Assembly (NCBI GenBank): GCA_013001885.1
Contig: JABDLD010000033.1
Span: 709 to 64,708 of the forward strand
DNA: 64,000 nucleotides
Direction of reading: 5' to 3'
Source: Lysobacterales bacterium
GTDB lineage: Bacteria > Pseudomonadota > Gammaproteobacteria > Xanthomonadales > SZUA-36
Made by a program: the position numbers and the translations under genes. The notes beneath the pieces are model-generated. The model did not search any database, had not been told where the DNA came from, and was given only the letters and a program-made list of their open reading frames with translations. Shown in pieces: positions 50,311 through 58,580 of the stretch (positions are counted from its first letter, which is position 1; every line of letters starts with the position of its first letter).

Positions 50311-51957
50311 ATGAATAGAAAAAATTTGACATGTGCCGTATTGGCCGGTCTGGCAGGTGTTGCCGGACTTGCTGCTACCGCACAAGCAGTCAACCTGAAT
50401 CCGGATGGATTGGGACAAGTTCTCGTTTATCCGTATTACACCGCCAATGATGGCAACCAGACCGTTCTGTCGGTGGTTAACACCACCAACAATGCGAAAG
50501 CAGTCAAGGTCCGGTTCCTCGAAGGCTTCAATTCACGTGAAGTTCTTGACTTCAACCTGTATATGTCGGAACACGATGTGTGGGTAGCTTCTATCGCCGC
50601 TGGCGAGAACGCACCTACGCTGTTTATTCCTGACTCTTCCTGCACCGTTCCCTACCTCTACGGTATGGGTAAGGCTGCTGGTCTGGACTACGGCATGCAG
50701 CCGTTCCTGACTCTCGCTTACACCGGTGACAATGAGGATGGCGGGCCGACCGCAATCCAGCGTGCCGCTGAAGGTCATTTTGAAATGATCGAAATGGGCG
50801 TACTGACCGGCGATTCTGCTGATGACGTGCGTCATGACAATTCAGACGGTGGCACCGGCGAGCCGGCTGACTGCATGGAACTCAGCGACAAATGGTCAGA
50901 AGTGATCAACGGCACCAACGGTATCTGGTTCGACGAAGCAAACTTTGGCACCGATGATTGCACGATCGACGATCAGGCCTGCACCGACACCGACCGCGCC
51001 AGCGGCGGACTGTTCGGCGGCGCTGCGGTGGTTAACGCAACCAACGGCACCATGTACAGCTATGACGCCAAGGCCATTCAGGGCTTCGACAAGACTGACA
51101 ACGGTCTGCACTACGAGCCCGGCACCATCTTCCCGTCACTGCGTAGCGGTAGCGAGTCTGATGCATGGGTCTTCTTTGGTGTTCCGCAGAATACTGCAGT
51201 TCAGCTTGATTACTCTGACGAAGATGACCTCAGCGTTGACGCGGTTTCAGCCGTGTTCATGCACGAAAACCTGATGAACGAGTACACCACCGAGGACGAC
51301 CTGTCGGCCGGAACCGAGTGGATCATCACGTTCCCGACCAAGGCTTTCTACGCTGACGCAGCCCTGATGGTTTCATTGGGTATCGATGAAGAAGCTTGCA
51401 CAGGTGATGGTGACGATGAAGTGTGCGTTACCACTCCTCGCGCTCCTTTCACCCAGTTGTTTGGTGATGAAAGTGCCGACGGCGACCGTCTGTGCGAAGT
51501 CGTATCCCTGAAGACCTGGGATCGCGAAGAGAAGACGTTCGTACCCGAAGGTCCGGGCACCGGCGTAATTCCTCCGCAGGTTTCACCGGCTCCGCCGCGT
51601 GAGTGCATCACCGGCCTCGAGCCCGCTTGCACGGAGTCGACCGTATTCCAGCTGTGTAACGAAGTCAACGTCCTTCGCTTTGGTGAAAGGTCAGTCTTCG
51701 GTACTCCGGACTTCGGTGCTGACGGCAGCCTGCTGCTTTCCGTTCAGGACGAGTTCGAGAACGGCTGGGGCAAGATCAACCTGGGTGTTGACGGTGACGG
51801 CGATCTGCGCACCGACAGAGAAGGCCTGGTTGGCTTGCCGGTTGCTGGCTTTGCCGCTTACGAATTCGAAAACGATTTCGTGGACAATGACGGCATCAAG
51901 GCCTTCTACGGCGGCCTGTTCGGCCACAAGGGCAACGTGCGTCGCGTTAACGACTAA
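50311..51957 (+). CDS. Secreted acidic Cys-containing protein of unknown function (candidate T2SS cargo or surface-layer protein)
   Basis: ATG at 50311 is preceded by a strong SD (TTAGGAGTGTTGTAATG). The Sec signal peptide ends in ATAQA|VNL. The mature protein is rich in D/E/G/T with 10 Cys and no C-terminal TM or sorting signal. I recognise no family. Confidence 0.7.
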   Translation: MNRKNLTCAVLAGLAGVAGLAATAQAVNLNPDGLGQVLVYPYYTANDGNQTVLSVVNTTNNAKAVKVRFLEGFNSREVLDFNLYMSEHDVWVASIAAGENAPTLFIPDSSCTVPYLYGMGKAAGLDYGMQPFLTLAYTGDNEDGGPTAIQRAAEGHFEMIEMGVLTGDSADDVRHDNSDGGTGEPADCMELSDKWSEVINGTNGIWFDEANFGTDDCTIDDQACTDTDRASGGLFGGAAVVNATNGTMYSYDAKAIQGFDKTDNGLHYEPGTIFPSLRSGSESDAWVFFGVPQNTAVQLDYSDEDDLSVDAVSAVFMHENLMNEYTTEDDLSAGTEWIITFPTKAFYADAALMVSLGIDEEACTGDGDDEVCVTTPRAPFTQLFGDESADGDRLCEVVSLKTWDREEKTFVPEGPGTGVIPPQVSPAPPRECITGLEPACTESTVFQLCNEVNVLRFGERSVFGTPDFGADGSLLLSVQDEFENGWGKINLGVDGDGDLRTDREGLVGLPVAGFAAYEFENDFVDNDGIKAFYGGLFGHKGNVRRVND

Positions 51958-51999
51958 ACGTACTTGCCATAAAGAAATCATAGCTTCGGCGATGATGAG

Positions 52000-52030
52000 G
52001 AAGGGGCTGCATTCGCAGCCCCTTCTTTTA
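52000..52030 (+). terminator. Rho-independent terminator after the 548-aa protein gene
   Basis: Perfect 11-bp stem gaaggggctgc / gcagccccttc with loop attc, followed by tttta. Confidence 0.8.
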
Positions 52031-52068
52031 TCCCGCCCTATTTTTTAACTTGTATAACCTGGAAATCA

Positions 52069-53022
52069 ATGACCATTCGATCCATTAAATCCCTAGTGGT
52101 GATATTGACCGTCCTGACGCAGAGCGCGATATTTGCCCAGCAAGAGTCAACGGACACCAAGGCCAGCTCATCAAACGACATTTTTGCCCGCCAGGGTAGT
52201 GTCGTGCTGACCCATAGTGAGCTCGACGCCGCCTTTTCCCGTATACCGCCGGAATTCCGTCTGGCCTTCATTCGTGACGGAGCGAAGGTGGATGACCTGG
52301 TAAAGTCCCTGCTGCGTCTGAAGCTGGTCGCCGCTGATGCCTCCCGTTCCGGTTTTGACCAGCAACCCATGATTGCTGAACGAATGCAGCTTGCGGCCGA
52401 AAAGGAGCTGGCGGAAGCGTGGGTGGGCAACCTGATTGAAAACGCGCCGGAGGCTGATTACGAGGCCCTGGCGCTGGAATACTACCTGGCTCACCCGGAT
52501 GAGTTCAAAATGCCGGAAAGGGTCGATGTTTCGCACATCCTGATTTCTTCAGAAACCCGATCCGAGGAAAAAGCGCTGGCGCTTGCCACCCGGCTGCATG
52601 ATGACTTGCGCACTGATCCGTCGCAGTTTGATGGATACGTCACAGAATATTCTGAAGACCCCGCGAAAACCAGCAACGCCGGCCGTTACCCCGGCATGCA
52701 GCGCGGCCAGATGGTCAAGCGATTTGAAGAGGCGGCTTTTACGCTGCAGCAACCGGGGGACATCACGGAGCCGGTGAAAACGTCTTACGGCTACCACATA
52801 ATACGGCTGAACCAGGCCAAGCCCTCCGCGCCAATCCCGTTTGAGCAAATCAAGGAACAGGCGTCTGAAATGGCAAAGGAGCAGTATCTGTCGGAATACC
52901 GCGCACGGTATATCAAACAGCAGATTGCAGAACCCATCGAACTGGCTGATGGAGCGGCTGAGGCGATGGTTAAACGGTATTTTGGAGAAGAACTGGAATT
53001 GATTCCGGAATTTCCAGAGTGA
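52069..53022 (+). CDS. Periplasmic parvulin-type peptidyl-prolyl cis-trans isomerase (SurA/PpiD-like N-domain)
   Basis: Signal peptide (..SAIFAQQ). Parvulin core VSHILI...MVKRFEEAAF...PVKTSYGYHIIRL. Confidence 0.8.
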   Translation: MTIRSIKSLVVILTVLTQSAIFAQQESTDTKASSSNDIFARQGSVVLTHSELDAAFSRIPPEFRLAFIRDGAKVDDLVKSLLRLKLVAADASRSGFDQQPMIAERMQLAAEKELAEAWVGNLIENAPEADYEALALEYYLAHPDEFKMPERVDVSHILISSETRSEEKALALATRLHDDLRTDPSQFDGYVTEYSEDPAKTSNAGRYPGMQRGQMVKRFEEAAFTLQQPGDITEPVKTSYGYHIIRLNQAKPSAPIPFEQIKEQASEMAKEQYLSEYRARYIKQQIAEPIELADGAAEAMVKRYFGEELELIPEFPE

Positions 53023-53054
53023 ACCGCAGGGACAGGCGCCGGGTCGCATAACAG

Positions 53055-53831
53055 GTGAATTTGCTGACCAATAATGTCTTCCGCCAGTTGGTTTCGCGCG
53101 CCATCAGGACGGACTATCTCGAGAACCTGACGGGTTTTGCCTGGCTGATACTACAGCCGCTGGTTCTTCTGGCTGTTTACGCTTTCGTATTCACGACGAT
53201 TTTTACCGCCAGGGTGCCGGATTCCGGCGCCGGCGGCTTTGTTCCGTATCTTGCGGTCGCGTTTTGGCCCTGGACTGCATTTTCCGAAGCGGTTTTACGC
53301 TCGTCCAACTGTGTCAGCGCCAATGCCGCGCTGATCGGCAAAGTGGCTTTTCCCAGCGAGTTGCTGCCTTTGTCTGCAGTAACTGCCACGTTCCTGATGA
53401 ACCTGGCAGGCTACCTGGCCGTGCTGGTCGTTCTGCAGTTACTGGGAACACCGATCCATTGGCTCGGCGTAATACCGGCTTTGCCGGTGCTGCTACTGCT
53501 CTACCTGTTTGCGAACGGACTGGCGCTGTTTTTCAGTGCCCTGCAGGTATTTATCCGGGACGTTTCCCAAATTTTGCCGCCGCTGATGACCTTCTGGTTT
53601 TTCACCACGCCCATCCTCTATAGCTCGAGCCTGCTGCCGGAACAGTTCGCTACGCTGATGAAGTTCAACCCGATGTCCTGGTACGTTGAGCGGCTCCGTG
53701 ATTTCCTGTTGCTCGGTAACTATGACCTCTCCCCTTACGATGCTGTGGTGCCTGTGCTCACGGTGATCGTGTTTTGGGCGGCGCTGCGGTTCTTCCGCAA
53801 GTTCAGCGCGCATTTCGAGGATTTTCTCTGA
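53055..53831 (+). CDS. wzm: ABC-2 type polysaccharide exporter permease (Wzm-like)
   Basis: GTG start. Six TM segments with an ABC-2 pattern (FAWLILQPLVLLAVYAFVF, NPMSWYVE). Confidence 0.8.
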   Translation: MNLLTNNVFRQLVSRAIRTDYLENLTGFAWLILQPLVLLAVYAFVFTTIFTARVPDSGAGGFVPYLAVAFWPWTAFSEAVLRSSNCVSANAALIGKVAFPSELLPLSAVTATFLMNLAGYLAVLVVLQLLGTPIHWLGVIPALPVLLLLYLFANGLALFFSALQVFIRDVSQILPPLMTFWFFTTPILYSSSLLPEQFATLMKFNPMSWYVERLRDFLLLGNYDLSPYDAVVPVLTVIVFWAALRFFRKFSAHFEDFL

Positions 53832-55018
53832 TGAAGCCATTGGTGAGAATAAGGGGCGTATCCAAATTCTACCCAAGGGTGCACCGGCCGCGGGAGCGCT
53901 TGCGGGCGTTTGCTTCGCTGATGGCCGGCAGCAGGATACGCGAGGGGGCAGAGGTCCTGCATGACGTCAGCCTGGAAGTAACCGCCGGCCAGTCGTTTGG
54001 AATCATCGGGGAGAACGGCGCCGGAAAATCGACCTTGCTCAAGATTCTGACGGGTGTGATCAGCCCCAGCCGGGGAAGTGTAGAGGTCAACGCCCGCATC
54101 GCCGCCTTGCTGGAACTGGGAGCGGGCTTTCAACCTGAGTTTTCCGGTATCGATAACGTCAGGATGAAGTCTGCACTGCTGGGCATGAGCGCAAGCCATC
54201 TCGACGCGCACATGGATGAAATCCTCGCCTTTGCAGATATCGGTGATTACGTGTACGAGCCGGTCAAGCACTACTCGTCCGGCATGGTGGTCCGGCTTGG
54301 GTTCGCAGTCGTGGCGGCTTCCGATCCCCAACTGCTGATCACTGACGAGGTACTGGCCGTTGGTGATGAGGCGTTTCAGAAAAAGTGCATTCGCTGGATC
54401 GAGTCTTTTCTCGATCGGGGCAATACGCTGTTGATGGTTTCCCACAGCATGTACCTGGTGCAAAAGCTTTGCCGCCAGGCTTTGTGGCTGCACGACGGCC
54501 GCATGCGGGAGATCGGGGACGTGTTTCCGGTCACGCAGTCTTACCTGGCCTACAGCGAGGAGCGTACCTCGGCGGAAAGGCGGCACCGCAGGGAACAAAG
54601 CGGTGACAGCGGACTTTATCGAATTAAGGATTTTGCCCTGCCTGATCAGGAAGGGGAGCGGGATCTTGTGATCGGGTTCGGCGGCGATCTAAGAGCGGAA
54701 CTGGTGCTGCACTCTCCGGATGGCCAGCCTCCGGTCGCCTTGTTTGGCGTCATGCGCGCCGACGGCACGCCTGTCTATGGAGTCGCCTCCGATTTCGATG
54801 AAATCGAAGCAGAGAAGCTCGATCAAAACCATTTTCGCTTCCGCATCTGTTTTGACCAACTGCCTCTGCTGCCAGGCAGCTATTCACTTCGGGGTCACGC
54901 AATGGATTCCCAGGGTATCCGCTTGTGCGACACGGCCGAACTGCGGTTCAGCGTAGCGGGTGAATCCCGGGAGATGGGAATGATTCGATTGCCTCACAGT
55001 TGGAACGGGCAAGAGTAA
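53831..55018 (+). CDS. wzt: Polysaccharide ABC exporter ATP-binding protein (Wzt-like) with C-terminal beta-sandwich extension
   Basis: TGATG overlap with wzm. Walker A GENGAGKST, signature YSSGMVVRL and Walker B LLITDE. An extra domain of about 140 aa follows the NBD (..LLPGSYSLRGHAMD..), as in Wzt carbohydrate-binding domains. Confidence 0.85.
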   Translation: MKPLVRIRGVSKFYPRVHRPRERLRAFASLMAGSRIREGAEVLHDVSLEVTAGQSFGIIGENGAGKSTLLKILTGVISPSRGSVEVNARIAALLELGAGFQPEFSGIDNVRMKSALLGMSASHLDAHMDEILAFADIGDYVYEPVKHYSSGMVVRLGFAVVAASDPQLLITDEVLAVGDEAFQKKCIRWIESFLDRGNTLLMVSHSMYLVQKLCRQALWLHDGRMREIGDVFPVTQSYLAYSEERTSAERRHRREQSGDSGLYRIKDFALPDQEGERDLVIGFGGDLRAELVLHSPDGQPPVALFGVMRADGTPVYGVASDFDEIEAEKLDQNHFRFRICFDQLPLLPGSYSLRGHAMDSQGIRLCDTAELRFSVAGESREMGMIRLPHSWNGQE

Positions 55019-55025
55019 TCTTCGC

Positions 55026-55871
55026 ATGACCGGCGCAGCCGAAAAAATCTCCGTTGTGATCCCGGCGTACAACGCCGCCGAGGAACTGGCGTGCTGCCTG
55101 GAAAGCGTATTCGCGACTACCCCGATGAGCACGGAAGTCTTGATTATTGACGATGCGTCACCCGATCCGGCAACGCAAAGGGTGCTGGACGATTGGCGGG
55201 AAAAAGCTCCGGCAGGCTGGACCTTCACCCGCCACGAGCAAAACCTGGGTTTCGTCGCAACGGCCAACCGGGGTATGCGCGCAACGCATGGCGACGTTGT
55301 GTTGCTCAATTCGGACACGCTGGTCACGCCTCGCTGGCTGGAAGGCTTGCAGCGATGTCTGGCATCCGGTTCAGAGATCGCCACGGCCACGCCTTGGACC
55401 AACAACGGCGAAATTGCCTCCATTCCGCTGTTCTGCGAATCCAACCCGGTGCCTCCGGACGTTGATGCAGTTGCTGCCGCCATCGCGCAGGCTGGATCCC
55501 GCGGGTATCCTGAGCTGCCGACCGCGGTAGGTTTTTGCATGGCCGTATCCCGGAGAGCCATTGAGCGGGTCGGTGTCTTCAACGCCGAACAGTTCGGCAA
55601 GGGCTACGGCGAGGAGAACGATTTTTCGCTGCGGGCCGCCGCCGCGGGAATGCGTAACGTGTTGTGTGACGACGTATACGTTGCTCACCTGGGCGGCCGG
55701 TCGTTCGGCCCTGCCGGGCTGAAGCCCGACGAGTCGTCAATGCAGCGGCTGCTAGCCCTCCATCCCGGCTACCTGCAGCTGGTACAGTCATTTATCGAAA
55801 CGGACCCGCTTTTTGCCAGGCGAACGCTTGTTTTGGAAGCATTGGAGCGGGCCGGGGTCTCGATGGGTTAA
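55026..55871 (+). CDS. Glycosyltransferase family 2
   Basis: ISVVIPAYNAAEEL...IIDDASPD...LNSDT GT-A (DxD-type) motifs. Confidence 0.8.
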   Translation: MTGAAEKISVVIPAYNAAEELACCLESVFATTPMSTEVLIIDDASPDPATQRVLDDWREKAPAGWTFTRHEQNLGFVATANRGMRATHGDVVLLNSDTLVTPRWLEGLQRCLASGSEIATATPWTNNGEIASIPLFCESNPVPPDVDAVAAAIAQAGSRGYPELPTAVGFCMAVSRRAIERVGVFNAEQFGKGYGEENDFSLRAAAAGMRNVLCDDVYVAHLGGRSFGPAGLKPDESSMQRLLALHPGYLQLVQSFIETDPLFARRTLVLEALERAGVSMG

Positions 55872-55876
55872 AATCT

Positions 55877-56794
55877 ATGCCACACGGACATTCCACGGAG
55901 ATCGACTTGTCCCAATCCCTCGACTTTACCGGTGAACGCTTTACCCCCGAGTGTGTGCGGGAAATCTGGTACGAGCATCTGCATCGTTACGTCTTCGCTC
56001 GTGAGCTGGTTGCCGGGCTGAACGTTCTGGATGCCGCTTGCGGCGAAGGTTACGGCGCGGCCATACTGGCGGGACCGGCCGCTTCGGTGACCGGCGTGGA
56101 TCTGTCCCCCTCCGCGATTGACCATGCCTGTAAACGTTACCGAGTGAAAAATCTCGATTTTCAGGTGGCCGACTGCCTGTCTTTGCCGTTTGCAGACGAG
56201 CAATTCGATTGCATCGTCTCATTCGAGACCCTCGAGCATCTCGAGGACCACCAGGGTTTGATGAATGAGTTCAGGCGGGTGTTGAGGCCGCAGGGAATCC
56301 TGTTGCTGTCTTCTCCCGACCGGGCGGTGTACACGGACCGGCAAAACAACCGAAATGAGTATCACGTCCGGGAGCTGTACCGGGACGAATTCGAGGCGCT
56401 TTTGCAGACGCATTTTCCGGCGTACCGTCTTTGGGGCCAAAAACTGCTTTTCCAGTCGGCCATCTGGTCGCTCAGCGAGAATCCCGGCGTCGGCTTTCAC
56501 CAGGAGGACGGCGGGCAGATTGAAAAGTACGCCTCTCCCCGCCACGACCCGGTTTATTTCATTGCGGTATGCGCTGCGGCCGAGGACTTACTGCCCTCGA
56601 TACGGCCGGGCCTGAGCTTGTTCGATGATGCTGCCGAATCGGTGTACGAGCATTACTATCACGAGATTCGTAAGAATATGGCTGCTGGCGAAATCCTTGC
56701 GAAAAAAGAGCGGGAACTGGCGGAACTGAAGGCAGCGTTGCAAAAAAGCAAAAGCGCAGCTCGCTGGTGGAGCCGTCTGCTGGGTAAAAGCTGA
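55877..56794 (+). CDS. Class I SAM-dependent methyltransferase with C-terminal coiled coil
   Basis: SAM motif I VLDAACGEGYG and post-I GVDLS. A C-terminal helical tail is present (AAGEILAKKERELAELKAALQKSK). Confidence 0.8.
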   Translation: MPHGHSTEIDLSQSLDFTGERFTPECVREIWYEHLHRYVFARELVAGLNVLDAACGEGYGAAILAGPAASVTGVDLSPSAIDHACKRYRVKNLDFQVADCLSLPFADEQFDCIVSFETLEHLEDHQGLMNEFRRVLRPQGILLLSSPDRAVYTDRQNNRNEYHVRELYRDEFEALLQTHFPAYRLWGQKLLFQSAIWSLSENPGVGFHQEDGGQIEKYASPRHDPVYFIAVCAAAEDLLPSIRPGLSLFDDAAESVYEHYYHEIRKNMAAGEILAKKERELAELKAALQKSKSAARWWSRLLGKS

Positions 56795-57684
56795 TGCAGG
56801 AAGCCGGAGTCAAACCGGCGGTGGAAGTCATCGTGGTTAATTTCAACGCTGGATCCGCACTGGTTCGCTGTATTCAATCCATCCTGGCGCAACAGCAACC
56901 GGTCAACATCACGGTTGCGGATAATGCCTCGACTGACGGCAGTATCAGCCGGCTGCTGGAATCCCTCGGGCCGCTGGACAACCTGGCCGTGCTGGCTAAT
57001 GACCAGAACCTGGGTTTCGCCAGCGCCATCAATGAAGCCGCCCGTTTGCGCGAGCTGCGCGGGCGTTACCTGCTCATCCTGAATCCGGATTGTGAAATGT
57101 TGCCCGGTTCTCTGGCCGCGATGATTGAAGCGCTGGAACAGGACGAACAGGCCGGCCTGGCCGGGCCGATGGTCGTGAATCGTGAGCACCAGCCCATGCG
57201 CGGAACCTTGCGCCGGTTTCCGGGCCCGGGCTCCGCCTTTCTGACGTTTTCCGGATTGTGGCGGCTGGCCCGGTGGTTTCCTTTCTTCAGCGGGGTGGAA
57301 ATGATGGACCGGCTACCCGCGGAAACAGCCACCGCTGAGGCCGTATCGGGTGCCTGCATGCTGCTGAGGGTGTCTGACTTTTTGAGCGTCGGCGGCATGG
57401 ACGGGGATTACGGCCTTCATTGCGAAGACCTCGACCTGATGTACCGGCTGCGGCAGAAGGGCCGTCATTGCCTGTTCGTTCCGGCAGCACAGGTCTTTCA
57501 TGCCCAGGGAGTCTCAAGCAGCGGGCGGCCGGTCTGGGTGCATTGGCAGAAACATCTGGGGATGCAGCGTTTTTTCAAAAAATTCCAGGCCGGGCAGACT
57601 TTTTTGCTGCTTCGCTGGCTGGTGCTCGCAGGTATCTGGCTGCGCTTTGTCGTAACACTCCCGCTGGTATGGATACGGCGCTGA
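56794..57684 (+). CDS. Glycosyltransferase family 2 (rhamnosyltransferase-like)
   Basis: ATGA overlap with the methyltransferase. VIVVNFNAGSAL...VADNASTDGS...LNPDC motifs. Confidence 0.8.
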   Translation: MQEAGVKPAVEVIVVNFNAGSALVRCIQSILAQQQPVNITVADNASTDGSISRLLESLGPLDNLAVLANDQNLGFASAINEAARLRELRGRYLLILNPDCEMLPGSLAAMIEALEQDEQAGLAGPMVVNREHQPMRGTLRRFPGPGSAFLTFSGLWRLARWFPFFSGVEMMDRLPAETATAEAVSGACMLLRVSDFLSVGGMDGDYGLHCEDLDLMYRLRQKGRHCLFVPAAQVFHAQGVSSSGRPVWVHWQKHLGMQRFFKKFQAGQTFLLLRWLVLAGIWLRFVVTLPLVWIRR

Positions 57685-58580
57685 ATACCGGCCGCCGGGA
57701 TCGGGTGATTGTCACCGGAGCAAGCAGTCAACTGGGTGTGTTCCTGTTGCCCAGACTGCAGGCCGCGGGATTCAGAGTTCTTGCGCTCAGCCGGAATGCG
57801 CCGGCGTCACCGGTCGACATATCGGAGAGCGTTCGTTGGTTGAGGTCTGATAAGGCATTGGCCCCGGCCTGTTGCCTCGTTTCCTGTGGGCCGCTTGAGC
57901 TTGCGCGCACGCTGGCCGAGCAGACTTCGGGCCTGCAGCGCGTTGTCGCGTTCAGCACAAGCAGTGTCCTGACCAAAGCCCGTTCAGACAATCCTGAAGA
58001 AAGCCGTCAGATGGCAGAAATACTCGCTCACGAGCGGCTACTGCGCGCAACCTGCGACATACAGGGTATCGCACTGGCATTGATTCGGCCCACGATGATT
58101 TACGGCTGCGGGCTGGACCGAAACATCAGCCTGCTGGCGGCTTTTGGGCGGCGCTTCGGTTTTATTCCAGTATCCTCGTCGGCAGGGGGTTTACGCCAGC
58201 CGGTTCATGCAGACGATCTGGCGGCGCTTGCGCTAGCCTGTCTGTCAAGTGAAACGGCGCTCAGTTTGGAAAGCGTCGCCTGCGGCGGCAGCACTCTAAG
58301 CTACTGCAAAATGATGGAAAAAACGGCTGCGGCAGGTGGAAAAGACGTTTCCATATTAAAGCTCAATCCGCGTTTGTTCAGTTTCGCGGCAAGCCTTGCC
58401 TCGTTGGTGCCGGGATTCAAAGGTCTGAATCCGGAGATGGTTCGCCGACAGGGAAGAGACATGGTATTCGATGACTCTGAACTGAGAGAAAAACTGAATT
58501 ATCAACCCCGGCCGTTCGAGCCGGCCCCGGCCGATCTGCAGGTTCCAGGTTTTGCCCGAGAACTGCAGTTAACCGGATAG
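57669..58580 (+). CDS. NAD(P)-binding SDR/epimerase-family protein
   Basis: The start is trimmed to the ATG at 57669. Rossmann motif [11 protein letters not shown]. The function within the glycan cluster is not assignable from sequence. Confidence 0.55.
   Translation: MDTALNTGRRDRVIVTGASSQLGVFLLPRLQAAGFRVLALSRNAPASPVDISESVRWLRSDKALAPACCLVSCGPLELARTLAEQTSGLQRVVAFSTSSVLTKARSDNPEESRQMAEILAHERLLRATCDIQGIALALIRPTMIYGCGLDRNISLLAAFGRRFGFIPVSSSAGGLRQPVHADDLAALALACLSSETALSLESVACGGSTLSYCKMMEKTAAAGGKDVSILKLNPRLFSFAASLASLVPGFKGLNPEMVRRQGRDMVFDDSELREKLNYQPRPFEPAPADLQVPGFARELQLTG

Noticed and set aside
58569-58580. 12-nt convergent overlap of the SDR gene and ettA 3' ends.
   Set aside because: This is an ordinary convergent gene overlap in a compact genome. 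No hairpin or other signal suggests a regulatory role.
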